Positions 25,945 to 35,534 of a DNA stretch of 64,000 bases are shown in pieces (the first letter of the stretch is position 1; every line of letters begins with the position of its first letter). Below the pieces are notes generated by a model. That model was not told where the DNA came from, did not search any database, and saw only the letters and a list, made by a program, of their open reading frames with translations. Origin of the DNA: Terriglobales bacterium (lineage in GTDB: Bacteria > Acidobacteriota > Terriglobia > Terriglobales > Acidobacteriaceae); contig JBAVUO010000074.1 in assembly GCA_049696815.1 (NCBI GenBank), positions 13,369 through 77,368 on the forward strand. The letters run 5' to 3'. The position numbers and the translations under genes were made by a program.

Positions 25945-27558
25945 ATGGCAATACTGTGGACAGGGCTTCTGGTTTTGGCCACCTCGTGCGCTTGGGCGCA
26001 GGAATTCGATAATCCGCTTCGCGTCGGAGTCCCGCAGGATTGGACGCAGCACCACGTCGTGTTCAGCCACGATGCTCTTGTTCAACATCCCGACCTGATC
26101 TATAACGAGCCGCGCATTGTGCATCAACTGTTGCAGCGGGGGCAGGGCGCGAACTCGAAGGTGTTTCGCGGCGCAGAGACTACCCCAATCTCCTCCGGAA
26201 TCACCTCGCAGCGGGACTGGAACGTTGCCTTGGGAAGCGGGCGTATCGCCCCGGAGATGTTTCCGGCCAAGTACTCCTTCGATCCGGGGGCTCCGCCCAG
26301 TTGCCAGAACGATTACGTTGTGATGGGCTTGAATGTCGCCGGGGCGTCTGGTCGCCAAGCGAACTTTGTGGCCTTCAATAATTTGTATGCGGGGACAGGA
26401 GGACTTTGTGGCGCCGCGCCCACGGTGATGTTTGCCTATGACGTTTCAACTGTCTTCGGCGGCAGGATCCTAACCTCACCCGTGCCTTCCCTGGACGGCA
26501 AAAAGCTTGCTTTTGTGGAAAGTAGGTCGGGGTCGTCGGTTTTTCACGTGGTCACCTGGGCTACCGGACCGGGAAACGGAACAATTACCGCAGCGGCGGT
26601 GCCCGGCGTCGGCAATACTGCTTCCATGACTTCGCTGACGTTCGCCGCCGCCCTGGATTCGCGATCCTCTCCGTGGGTGGACTACAACACCGACAACGCC
26701 TATGTTGGAGCGGATAACGGCAACGTCTACAAGATCACAGGGGTGTTCAATGGGACGCCGGCTCTCGCCGGTGCTCCGTGGCCGGTCGCCGTCAGCCCCG
26801 GGTACCGGCCGACGGCCCCGGTTCTCGACAAGAATCTCGGGCTGGTCATGGTGGCGGGCGCCAACGGAAACCTGTACTCGATCAATGCCACGACCGGCGT
26901 CGTCAAGCGGCTGGCGATCGGGAGCAGTACGAACCATGGCATTCTGGCGCCCCCGATAGTCGACGTCACCAACGGCACCAGCTTCGTGGTGACCGCCAAC
27001 GATGGTACTTCCGGCGTGCTGGTCGAAGTTGATTCGGCCACCATGACCCCGCTGGCGAAAGCCCGCATCGGCCTGGCATCCCACTCCGGAACCGCAGTCA
27101 ACCTTTACCAACCGGCGTTTGACAACAACTATTACAACGATCCGGGCACCGGAGTGGTCCGCCTCTGCGGGACGGGGGCTGCCGACATCACTCCGTGGCA
27201 GTACGCCTTTGGCTTCACTGGGCGCGTCATGAATACCACGGCGGTGTTCTCGCAACAGCTCCTCAACGTCACGACAGCCCGCTGTACGGGATGGCAGGAG
27301 TTTTACAACCCCAATGTCAACGGCGGAACGGACTTCTTCTTTTTCGGCTTGACCCAGAATTGCACCGGCACTGGCACTCCGGGTTGCGTGGTGGCGCGCA
27401 CCAGCGACACCTCCCTGACCAAGGCCAATGTGACCGGTGGGCCGAGTGGGATTGTGGTGGACAACTACAGTACGGCGGGGCAGGCTTCCAGTCTCTATCT
27501 GAGCAATCAGGGAACCCCGAACACCGCGTATAAATTTACCCAGAACGGGTTGAATTAG
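25945..27558 (+). CDS. secreted hypothetical protein, beta-propeller-like
   Basis: The start is taken at MAILWTGLLVLATSCAWAQ (signal peptide). The protein is rich in G/T/N/V beta-strand repeats. I do not confidently recognise a family. Confidence 0.7.
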   Translation: MAILWTGLLVLATSCAWAQEFDNPLRVGVPQDWTQHHVVFSHDALVQHPDLIYNEPRIVHQLLQRGQGANSKVFRGAETTPISSGITSQRDWNVALGSGRIAPEMFPAKYSFDPGAPPSCQNDYVVMGLNVAGASGRQANFVAFNNLYAGTGGLCGAAPTVMFAYDVSTVFGGRILTSPVPSLDGKKLAFVESRSGSSVFHVVTWATGPGNGTITAAAVPGVGNTASMTSLTFAAALDSRSSPWVDYNTDNAYVGADNGNVYKITGVFNGTPALAGAPWPVAVSPGYRPTAPVLDKNLGLVMVAGANGNLYSINATTGVVKRLAIGSSTNHGILAPPIVDVTNGTSFVVTANDGTSGVLVEVDSATMTPLAKARIGLASHSGTAVNLYQPAFDNNYYNDPGTGVVRLCGTGAADITPWQYAFGFTGRVMNTTAVFSQQLLNVTTARCTGWQEFYNPNVNGGTDFFFFGLTQNCTGTGTPGCVVARTSDTSLTKANVTGGPSGIVVDNYSTAGQASSLYLSNQGTPNTAYKFTQNGLN

Positions 27559-27574
27559 AAAAACCCAGACGCGA

Positions 27575-27620
27575 AGGCCCTGCTGCAGGTTTTCCTGAGA
27601 AGCCCACAGCAGGGCCTTTC
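27575..27620. terminator. bidirectional hairpin terminator between convergent genes
   Basis: AGGCCCTGCTG-(21-nt loop)-CAGCAGGGCCT followed by TTCTCC, with an A-rich run on the left side for the opposite strand. Confidence 0.5.
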
Positions 27621-27651
27621 TCCGCTGGTTGGCGGAGAATTCCCAGACTGG

Positions 27652-28320
27652 TTACCGGGTAGCCACCTGCCAAACCTTGTCGTTCTTCACCAGCGCCATC
27701 GTCGCCTTGGTTGGTGCTGCGTGGTAGAAGGCGGCGCCATACTTGTCGATCAACGCCGCGCGCTCCCAGGTGTTGAAGTTCTTCACCGCCGGACCGGCAG
27801 CATCAAACAGCTCCCCACCCGGGTTGGGTTCCCACTTCCATGAATACTCAACCCCAGCCTTGGTAGGTTCGATCATCGTGATTTTGCCGATCTCGACCAG
27901 CTTGCGTTGCGCCAGTGGAACGACGTACTCATCATTTCCGTCTTTGCGCGTGCTCTTCTTCACGCCGGCAATTTGGCCCAGGAACTCCAGTCCCTGCGGG
28001 GTCAGTGAAATCGGCAGGTTCCCCTTCTTGACCTTGCCGATTTTGATGTAGCCCGCCTTTTCCAGCAGGCGATAGTGCGGGTCAGGCGTTGTTTCGCCTG
28101 CGTTGTCGATCATCCCAGTCTGGAAGCGAACTGTAGCTGGCCCTTGGTTGTCCAGCGCCGCCAGCACGACGGGAGTGGCCTCGGTCATCGTGAGCACCCT
28201 TCTACTCTCGGTCACGAAATAGAGCGCTACACCCACAACCCCGACGATCAAAGTGACCATCAGAAGCAGGGGAAGGATCGACGACTCGCGCTTTTCCAAC
28301 TCCAACTCTTGCTCGAACAT
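27652..28320 (-). CDS. membrane-anchored hypothetical protein
   Basis: 222 aa with one N-terminal TM helix (ILPLLLMVTLIVGVVGVALYFV) and coding-like composition. Confidence 0.7.
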   Translation of the reverse strand: MFEQELELEKRESSILPLLLMVTLIVGVVGVALYFVTESRRVLTMTEATPVVLAALDNQGPATVRFQTGMIDNAGETTPDPHYRLLEKAGYIKIGKVKKGNLPISLTPQGLEFLGQIAGVKKSTRKDGNDEYVVPLAQRKLVEIGKITMIEPTKAGVEYSWKWEPNPGGELFDAAGPAVKNFNTWERAALIDKYGAAFYHAAPTKATMALVKNDKVWQVATR

Positions 28321-28590
28321 GGCATCCTCCGGCGGATTTCGGGTCTCCGCAAAACGCGATTCACCTCTATTGTCTGCCCGTGGGTTTCGCTTCTTGTGTG
28401 ACGTAGCTCACACTATGTAGTTGGGCAGGTCACCTCTGGTCAACCCCACGCCCTCTGCAAATCTCTGCATAGGTCCGCCAGAGGTTTGCGTGCGAGCTCG
28501 CAGTGTCGCACTCGGATCTCACCGTAAGTCACTGACAAGACAAGCGTGTACTCCTCTTCGTTGGCTGGAACACGAAGTGCGGCTTGAGGG

Positions 28591-29076
28591 GTGACGCAGT
28601 GTGTCTCGAACGGTCATATGGGAAGCGCAATTCTCCAAAGGAAATTTGTTGTGGTCGCGCTGCTCGTCGGATGTTCAGGTGTGCTGGGCTGGTGTTCGAC
28701 GCCATGGTCTGCTGGTAATGATCTCCTAACTCTCTACCGGCACGAGGAGAGCCTGCGCCGGGCGCCCGTGCACGCCTCGGAGTTTGCGTCTCTGACGGAA
28801 CCGCTGGCGCTACCGCGCTGCGGGAAGACGCGCCCGCCGGAAGCCCTGGCCACGCCGGATCCCCTGTGGCACCCGGAAGACGAGAACCTACGAGTGCGTG
28901 TGAGCTTCATCGTGGGTACTGACGGACGCGTGCACAGCCCTTTCATTCTGGAGAGCGGGGGAACCGCAGAGGACCAGATTGTGCTGCATGCTATCCGCCG
29001 CTGGCGCTATCGTCCCGCGCTCTGTAACGGAGTTCCCACCGATTCCGAAGCCCGGGTACAATTCAGCACCCGCTAG
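28591..29076 (+). CDS. TonB C-terminal-domain protein
   Basis: N-terminal hydrophobic anchor. The C-terminus RVRVSFIVGTDGRVHSPFILESGGTAEDQIVLHAIRRWRYRPALCNGVPTDSEARVQF is a TonB_C fold signature. Confidence 0.7.
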   Translation: MTQCVSNGHMGSAILQRKFVVVALLVGCSGVLGWCSTPWSAGNDLLTLYRHEESLRRAPVHASEFASLTEPLALPRCGKTRPPEALATPDPLWHPEDENLRVRVSFIVGTDGRVHSPFILESGGTAEDQIVLHAIRRWRYRPALCNGVPTDSEARVQFSTR

Positions 29077-29094
29077 TTGACAGTTTCTCCTACA

Positions 29095-30024
29095 ATGGCC
29101 ACTGGTGAGCGTGCCTTGAATCCAGAGATTCCAAAGTCTCCAAATCCGGCTGCCGATCAAGGCGGGAGTCTCCGCGACAACCCCGAGATCGATGAGTTCT
29201 TCCACCGGCTGCCGTCGAACCTGCGCCGGCCAAAGCCGAGTGCCGAGGCGGTCGCGGCTGCCGTGGAAGCCATTCAGCGGCTGGCGGGAGGTGCGGACCA
29301 GGAGCCGCGTACGGCGGCCACGCGCCAGTTCACCCCCGGTACCTGCATGGGATGCGGGCAGCCGCTGGGAGAGGGAACGCGGTTTTGCGGGCATTGCGGT
29401 ATGCCGATCGCGGGCGCGACACAACCGGCCGCAGCGGGCCAGCACCACTACCACCATCACTACCATCATTTCATCCCAGCGCAGACTGGTTCGGGCCGTG
29501 GGCCCGCCGAAGCTGAACTCAGCCTTCCCCGCGGCCGTGCTGCTGCGGCCGGGACGGGCAGCGCCGCCGGTAGCCGCGCCGAGAACGCCGTCCGCCAGTT
29601 GGTCCAGGACTGGGCCCAGGGGTGCAACACCAGGCATCTCGATGACGTGCTGGAACTCTACGCTCCCGATGCCACGCTGGTCCGGGCCAATGTGGCCCCG
29701 GTGCGCAGCGTGCCCGCCATCCGCGAATTCCTCTTTGCCCTGCTCGAGGCCGGACTCGGAGACGTGGAAATGGAGTCTCTGCGGACCGAAGTCTTCGGCG
29801 AGATCGCGTTTGATATGGGACGCTCGAAGATGCTGGTGCCGGTGGCGATGGGCAAGCGACGCGAGGAGCGGGGCAAATACCTGGTGGTGATGGCCCGTCA
29901 ACCGGCGGGACACTGGAAGATCATTGCCGATTGCTGGTCGACCGACCTGAGCGTCAGCGGTCCGGCAGCGGTGGAACCGGTCCGCAAGCCGGGCGATGCC
30001 GGCGGCGCCAGGAAGACGCGCTGA
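29095..30024 (+). CDS. zinc-ribbon + His/Tyr-rich linker + NTF2-like (SnoaL/DUF4440-type) domain protein
   Basis: CMGCGQPLGEGTRFCGHCGMP (zinc ribbon), QHHYHHHYHHF, and C-terminal NAVRQLVQDWAQGCNTRHLDDVLELYAPDATL...GHWKIIADCW. The track start is 29077 (TTG). The - ORF 28888..29913 is a shadow. Confidence 0.7.
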   Translation: MATGERALNPEIPKSPNPAADQGGSLRDNPEIDEFFHRLPSNLRRPKPSAEAVAAAVEAIQRLAGGADQEPRTAATRQFTPGTCMGCGQPLGEGTRFCGHCGMPIAGATQPAAAGQHHYHHHYHHFIPAQTGSGRGPAEAELSLPRGRAAAAGTGSAAGSRAENAVRQLVQDWAQGCNTRHLDDVLELYAPDATLVRANVAPVRSVPAIREFLFALLEAGLGDVEMESLRTEVFGEIAFDMGRSKMLVPVAMGKRREERGKYLVVMARQPAGHWKIIADCWSTDLSVSGPAAVEPVRKPGDAGGARKTR

Positions 30025-30028
30025 GCCG

Positions 30029-31246
30029 TCAGTGGTTGTACACGGTTGTCTGCGGGTGATAATTCCGCCAGTCGAACCAGTAATCTTTCAGAACAGCGAT
30101 CTTCTCCAGACATTGTCCGGCGGCGGGACCGGCCACGGCGCATCCCTGAAAATTCCAGGTATTTCCTCCCGCGTCGATCAGTTGCCACTGCGGGCTTTGC
30201 TGGTCGCGGTAGAGTTCGATCTCCGAACCATTCAGCTGCGACCGAAACACGCGCACCGATTCGCCATCCGGCCCGGCCACCAGCACAACGGGAACGCCCG
30301 CCACCCTGTCGTGGACCGGACTCTGCGAGCGCACGCGCTCGAGAGGGAAGGCACGGGCCCGCTCGCCCATTTCCAGCCCGAGGACGATGTCGCGATCGGC
30401 AAGACCTTGCCCCGGGAAACTCAGAGGAACCGGCAACCTGGCGACCTCCTTTTCCCACTCGCTGTCGTAGTCTTTTTCGTGCCCGGTGACCGGCGCGAGC
30501 ACCATGCCGCGCGGCGACTCCGATTTCCACAGGGCGAAGGTCAATTCGTCACTCGCCACCGGCTCGAGCACCGTGCCGGCGAGCGGCCCGGAGATTGCCC
30601 GCCCGGTCACCTGCTGCCACCAGGAGCCGGTTTCGCGATCGCGCATCAGGAAGTTCTGGTTGTTGATGCCGGCGAGATAGAAATGCAGGCCCCGCCGCAT
30701 CGCTGTTCTGTTCCACACCAGACCGGTGTGACAGAGGGTTCAATAGGTGACGACAATCGGCACGCCTCCCACCGTGTCGTTCAATACGTGGTGGTAGGCC
30801 ATCTGCCGAATGGGATAAGCGCGCGCCTCCGGCCCAAAGCGCACCGTCATCACCATCTCCGGGTCGCCGAGGTCAGCATCGGTGGCGGCCAGGAACCCCG
30901 CTGCCGGAATCGGGCGAAACATCCATTCAAAGTAGTTCAACCGCACCATGACGGCGGCGCCCGCGCTCAGCAGGATCGCCAGCACTAACCCCGCCCTGCC
31001 AGCCCACGAGGACCTGCGCCACAGACCCGAGCCCAGAACCAGCACGCCTCCAAGAGTGGCCAGCGTGAGCAGCGGCGCGGCCCATTTGATGGCAATAGCC
31101 AGCGACAGAGCCGCTGGGGACTGGTATTGGAACGGCCGGATAATCACCGCCGGAACTAGAAACAAGCCCACGCCGACGATCGTCAGCAGGACAATCGGCA
31201 ACCAGCGCACGTAGTTCCGCCCATTCGAGACAGCCATGCGAGGCAC
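30029..31246 (-). CDS. DUF3179-domain membrane protein with one in-frame TGA at codon 169 (candidate selenocysteine, UxxC)
   Basis: Track ORFs 30740..31246 and 30029..30718 are in the same frame, giving 406 codons in total. The junction reads ..GGVPIVVTY-[TGA]-TLCHTGLVWNRT.., where DUF3179 proteins have ..VTYCPLCG... The N-terminus has three TM helices. Confidence 0.6.
30707..30735 (-). promoter_or_regulatory. SECIS-like stem-loop immediately 3' of the in-frame UGA
   Basis: The mRNA reads UGA-ACCC-UCUGU-CACACC-GGUCU-GGUGUG-GA-ACAGA. This gives 11 bp of stem with a GA bulge and a 5-nt apical loop that starts GG, about 15 nt after the UGA. Confidence 0.5.
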
Positions 31247-31423
31247 CCCTTGAGGACGAGCCAGGAGATGCTGAGGATAGCACTTGCGGCGTGGAGCATT
31301 CCAGCCGGGGGCCCCAATTCGCTGCCTTCAAGTATGGGAATCGCCCCCGTGACGTATGACGGAAGTTACCCGTGACGCAGGTAACTTGTCGCAGGTATCC
31401 GCCGGCTCTAGGATGCTGACATC

Positions 31424-32521
31424 ATGGACTTGCGGGTTCTGGTAGTGTGCCCGGATCAAGACGCAGCCGATTTGCTGAGCCAGATCCTGTCTGAGGTGGG
31501 CATAGAGGCCGAACACACCGCCTCGATCACCCGCGGACTCGAGCGGATGGAAGAGCAGCATTTCGACGCTATCATCCTGGATTACAGGGCGGACCAGAGT
31601 TCGCAGGACTTCCTCGCCAAGTTGCGCCTTTCCAGCAACAACCGCAACACACTGCTCATTGCCATTATCGATGACGAGTACAGCGCCCGCCCGGTCTTCG
31701 GTCTGGGCGCAAACTTCGTTCTTTACCGGCCGCTCTCCGTAGAGCGCACGCGGCTCAGCCTGCGGGCGGCACGCGGCCTGATGCGTCGCGAACGCCGCCG
31801 CGGCCCCAGGATTCCCATCAATGCCCAGGCGAGTTTCGACTCGGCCGGCGCCGAGAACCAGCGCGCCACCCTTCTCGACCTCAGCGACGGAGGAACTGCG
31901 TTACGCAGCGATCCCCTGGTTCCTCCCAGGTGCAAGGTTTACTTTCAGTTCGCTCTTCCCGGCCAGCAGCAACTCGTGCGCCTCTCCGGCGAGGTGGCTT
32001 GGCAGGACGCGAATGGCCGGACCGGAATCCGCTTTGTAGATGTGCCCCAGGCCTCGCGCCGCCTGATCCATGACTGGCTCATGCAGAACAGCTTCAAGGC
32101 CCGACCGGAGCCCGGCCAGCGGCCCGCGCCGGTGGTCCCGCCCGCCGACGGGACAAGACCCGAGCCGAGTCTTATCTCCAATGCCGGCAATCGCCGCGGC
32201 GAGCGTCGTTTCGCGTGCAAGCTCGGCGCGGAGGTTTACCGTCTCGGCGTCAAAGTGCCCAATCGCTGCACGCTTTCCGATGTCAGCGAGGGCGGATGCT
32301 ATGTCGAGATGCCGTCCCCGTTCGCCGCACAAAGCGGGGTTGAGATCGTGGTCCGAACCGCCGACATGAGGGTGAAGATTCAGGGACAGGTTCTAGCCGT
32401 CCATCGCGGATTCGGCATGGGGGTGCGTTTCATCTTCCGCGATGCGGCGGAGCGCGAAGAGGTTCTGCGCCTGCTGGCCATGATTGCCGCCGGTCCCTCT
32501 CTTGACGAACTGCCGCGCTAG
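31424..32521 (+). CDS. receiver-like (REC) domain protein with two PilZ domains
   Basis: N-terminal CheY-like fold (FDAIILDY) followed by two PilZ signatures: RRGPRIPI...[11 protein letters not shown] and RRGERRFAC...[11 protein letters not shown]. Confidence 0.85.
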   Translation: MDLRVLVVCPDQDAADLLSQILSEVGIEAEHTASITRGLERMEEQHFDAIILDYRADQSSQDFLAKLRLSSNNRNTLLIAIIDDEYSARPVFGLGANFVLYRPLSVERTRLSLRAARGLMRRERRRGPRIPINAQASFDSAGAENQRATLLDLSDGGTALRSDPLVPPRCKVYFQFALPGQQQLVRLSGEVAWQDANGRTGIRFVDVPQASRRLIHDWLMQNSFKARPEPGQRPAPVVPPADGTRPEPSLISNAGNRRGERRFACKLGAEVYRLGVKVPNRCTLSDVSEGGCYVEMPSPFAAQSGVEIVVRTADMRVKIQGQVLAVHRGFGMGVRFIFRDAAEREEVLRLLAMIAAGPSLDELPR

Positions 32522-33477
32522 ACCGGCGCGGGCTTTTCGTCCAGCACGGCGTGACGGAAATACCCGAGCGAGAGCTTAAGTCCGCTTTCAAGATCCACTC
32601 TCGGCTCCCAGCCCAGCGAGTGTCGTGCCTTGGCGATGTCCGGCCTGCGCTGCCTGGGGTCATCCTGCGGCAGCGGTTCAAACTGAATCTTGCTGGCCGC
32701 GCCGGTAACCGCGATCACCTTCTGCGCGCACTCCAAAATGGTGAACTCCGACGGGTTCCCGATGTTCACCGGATCGTGCTCTGAGGACCGCGCCAGCCGC
32801 AGGATGCCGTCCACTTCGTCGCTGACGTAGCAGAAACTGCGGGTCTGTTTGCCATCGCCAAAAACCGTCAGGTTCTGGCCGCGCAGGGCCTGGCGCATGA
32901 AATTGGGAATCACGCGCCCGTCGTTGATCTGCATGCGCGGTCCGTAGGTATTGAAGATTCGCAGAATCCGCGTGTCCACTTGGTGATAGCGGTGGAAGGC
33001 CATGGTCACGGCCTCGGAGAAGCGCTTGGCCTCGTCATAGACAGAGCGCGGGCCGACGGGATTGACGTGTCCCCAATACGACTCGAGCTGCGGGTGTACC
33101 AGGGGGTCGCCGTAGCACTCTGAGGTCGAAGCCATCATGAATTTGGCCCCGTAACGGCGCGCCATTTCGAGCGCTGCAAACGTTCCATAAGATCCCGCCT
33201 TCAGCGTCGCGATGCCGTGCTGGGTGTAGTCCACCGGGCTGGCCGGGCTGGCAAAGTGAAACACGTAGTCCACGGCGCCGCAATCGAACGGATCGCACAC
33301 GTCCTGGTGCAGGAATTCAAAGCGCGAGTCATTCCGCAGATGCGAAAGATTGGCCAGCCGTCCGGTGAGCAGGTTGTCAGCCGCAACGACGGCAAAGCCT
33401 TCTCCCAAGAGCGCATCGCAAAGGTGCGACCCCAGAAAACCAGCTCCTCCGGTCACCAGTGCGCGTGGCGGTTTCAT
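32518..33477 (-). CDS. UDP-glucuronate decarboxylase (UDP-xylose synthase), extended SDR
   Basis: [23 protein letters not shown] (YxxxK), [10 protein letters not shown] and [14 protein letters not shown]. Confidence 0.9.
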   Translation of the reverse strand: MKPPRALVTGGAGFLGSHLCDALLGEGFAVVAADNLLTGRLANLSHLRNDSRFEFLHQDVCDPFDCGAVDYVFHFASPASPVDYTQHGIATLKAGSYGTFAALEMARRYGAKFMMASTSECYGDPLVHPQLESYWGHVNPVGPRSVYDEAKRFSEAVTMAFHRYHQVDTRILRIFNTYGPRMQINDGRVIPNFMRQALRGQNLTVFGDGKQTRSFCYVSDEVDGILRLARSSEHDPVNIGNPSEFTILECAQKVIAVTGAASKIQFEPLPQDDPRQRRPDIAKARHSLGWEPRVDLESGLKLSLGYFRHAVLDEKPAPV

Positions 33478-33481
33478 AGCG

Positions 33482-34891
33482 TCAGGGGCGCTCCGTCTTG
33501 TGCGGCCGGATGCCCGCGGGCAAGTCCTCAGTCAGGGCTGCCGGACGCCCGACGCTGTGGTACGTAAAGCCGTGCGCGGCCATCACCGCCGGATCGTACA
33601 GATTCCGCCCGTCTATCACGATAGGGTACTTGAGCAGCTTGCGCAAACGAGTCAAATCGAGCGCCGCGAACTCTTCCCACTCGGTCAGGATGAGCAGGGC
33701 GTCGGCGCCCGTCGCCGCATCGTAAGGATCGGGCGTGAACTCGATACTGGACCCCAGTATCTCCTGGGCCCGCTCCATCGCCGCCGGATCGTACGCCGAG
33801 ATGCGGCAGCCCTCGCGCAGCAGTTCCTGCACCAGCAGCAACGCCGGCGATTCCCGAATGTCGTCGGTCCCGCCCTTGAACGCCAGCCCCAGAACGGCTA
33901 GCCGCTTTCCGCGCAGCGTCCAGAGCACACCGCGCACCTTGCGCAGGAAGCGGTGCCGCTGCTCCTCGTTGATACGGATAACTTCGTCCAGCAGCCGGAA
34001 TTCGTATCCGCACTCTCGCGCCACCGCTCGGAACGCCAGCAGGTCTTTCGGGAAGCACGATCCCCCGTAGCCGATGCCCGGGTTCAGGAACCGCGGCCCG
34101 ATGCGCGAATCCGTTCCAATGCCCTCGCAAACCTGCTGCACATTGGCGCCCACGGACTCGCAGATCGAAGCTACCGCATTGATGAAAGAAATCTTCATGG
34201 CGAGGAAGGCATTAGACGCGTGCTTGATCAGCTCGGCGCTCTTGGTGCTGGTGACGATCAACCGCGGCGGTACCTGGGCGCGATCGGGCCGGGGAATCGC
34301 TTCGCTCCGCGAGTAGTAGGCACCGCTGGTCAGCGGCGCGTAGATCTCGCGCAACACTTCCGCGCAGCGCTCGCTCTCCACACCGGCCAGGATGCGGTCG
34401 GGATAGAGAAAGTCGGTTACCGCAGTCCCTTCCCGCAGGAATTCCGGATTGGAAGCCACATCGAAGGCCGCCGGCGCCGCCCCGTTCCGCAGGATGATGG
34501 TGCGAATCCACTGGCTGGTGTAGACGGGGACGGTGCTCTTTTCGACCACCACCTTGTACTCGTCCACCGCGCCAGAAATCTCCCGCGCCACCGCTTCCAC
34601 ATAGGACAGATCGGCGTCACCGTGCTCGGTTGGCGGCGTCCCCACCGCGATAAACACGGCCTGGCTCTGGCGCACCGCCGCCGGTAGGTCGCCAGAGAAC
34701 TGAATCCGTTTCCCGCGATGCCGGGCCAGCAATTCCGGCAGGAAGCGCTCGTGGATCGGGACCTCACCGCGGCGCAGTGCCGCCATTTTGGGCTCGTCGT
34801 TATCCACCAGAACCACGTCGTGTCCCAGATCCGCGAAGCATGTCCCGGTGACCAGACCTACGTAACCGGAGCCGACGACCGCAATGCGCAT
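33482..34891 (-). CDS. ugd: UDP-glucose 6-dehydrogenase
   Basis: The start is taken at [26 protein letters not shown]. Contains the catalytic block [11 protein letters not shown]. It is adjacent to and co-oriented with uxs. Confidence 0.9.
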   Translation of the reverse strand: MRIAVVGSGYVGLVTGTCFADLGHDVVLVDNDEPKMAALRRGEVPIHERFLPELLARHRGKRIQFSGDLPAAVRQSQAVFIAVGTPPTEHGDADLSYVEAVAREISGAVDEYKVVVEKSTVPVYTSQWIRTIILRNGAAPAAFDVASNPEFLREGTAVTDFLYPDRILAGVESERCAEVLREIYAPLTSGAYYSRSEAIPRPDRAQVPPRLIVTSTKSAELIKHASNAFLAMKISFINAVASICESVGANVQQVCEGIGTDSRIGPRFLNPGIGYGGSCFPKDLLAFRAVARECGYEFRLLDEVIRINEEQRHRFLRKVRGVLWTLRGKRLAVLGLAFKGGTDDIRESPALLLVQELLREGCRISAYDPAAMERAQEILGSSIEFTPDPYDAATGADALLILTEWEEFAALDLTRLRKLLKYPIVIDGRNLYDPAVMAAHGFTYHSVGRPAALTEDLPAGIRPHKTERP

Positions 34892-35095
34892 GGGATTTTC
34901 TCCTGGCTTTACGCGGCACGCCAAGGAGCGTGCCACTACTAACTTTAGCAGCATTGGCGGGGCTGCCGGTGGCTCCCCAGAGATCTCCGAGCGTCATCAG
35001 GACAAAAACGGGAAAGTAGACCTCACAAGTCCGAGTGACGGCAGTCACCGACCTCGCGGTCACGACGCCTCAGAATGCAGCTAGGAGGGACCACC

Positions 35096-35227
35096 ATGCC
35101 CATCCTGATGGTTGCCCTGGTTGCGCTCGGTGTTTTTGGCCTGATCGGATTGATGCTGGCGCTGGCCGCGACCCTCGAACACAAGAAAGACGGCGCGAAA
35201 GAGCCGAGCCCCCACAAAGCTGCTTGA
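35096..35227 (+). CDS. possible 43-aa single-TM small protein
   Basis: Too short for the track. AGGAGGGACCACC precedes the ATG. The product is MPILMVALVALGVFGLIGLMLALAATLEHKKDGAKEPSPHKAA. Confidence 0.4.
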   Translation: MPILMVALVALGVFGLIGLMLALAATLEHKKDGAKEPSPHKAA

Positions 35228-35534
35228 GATTGCACGGATGCTGGCGCCCCGTTGTTTCGCGGGAAACCGTTTATCTTTAATACATTAAGTAACAGCCCCG
35301 CCGACCCACCCCGTCGAACGCACCCCTCGTCCCTGCGCGACCCGCCTCCCCAATATGTGCAAAGAATTTCCTTTCTGACAATATGTTGTTTTTTTCACAG
35401 ACCCATGTGGTATAACCAAACGACCTGAAAATTGCCGGATAACTGCCCGATTTATCGACCCCTTGTCTCCGGCGTAAGAATTGCTATTCCCCTATTGGCT
35501 TTTCGGCCCATTACATTTTGGAGGACTAAGGGCG

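Noticed and set aside
29074-29079. TAG stop of the TonB_C gene followed immediately in frame by the next ORF; considered as a third read-through candidate.
   Set aside because: TonB_C is normally the extreme C-terminus of its protein. The next gene has its own plausible ATG (29095), and there is no domain continuity across the stop. Being in the same frame is expected one time in three.
28888-29913. 341-aa - ORF.
   Set aside because: It is antisense to the zinc-ribbon/NTF2-like gene and to the end of the TonB_C gene. It has no motifs and shadow composition.
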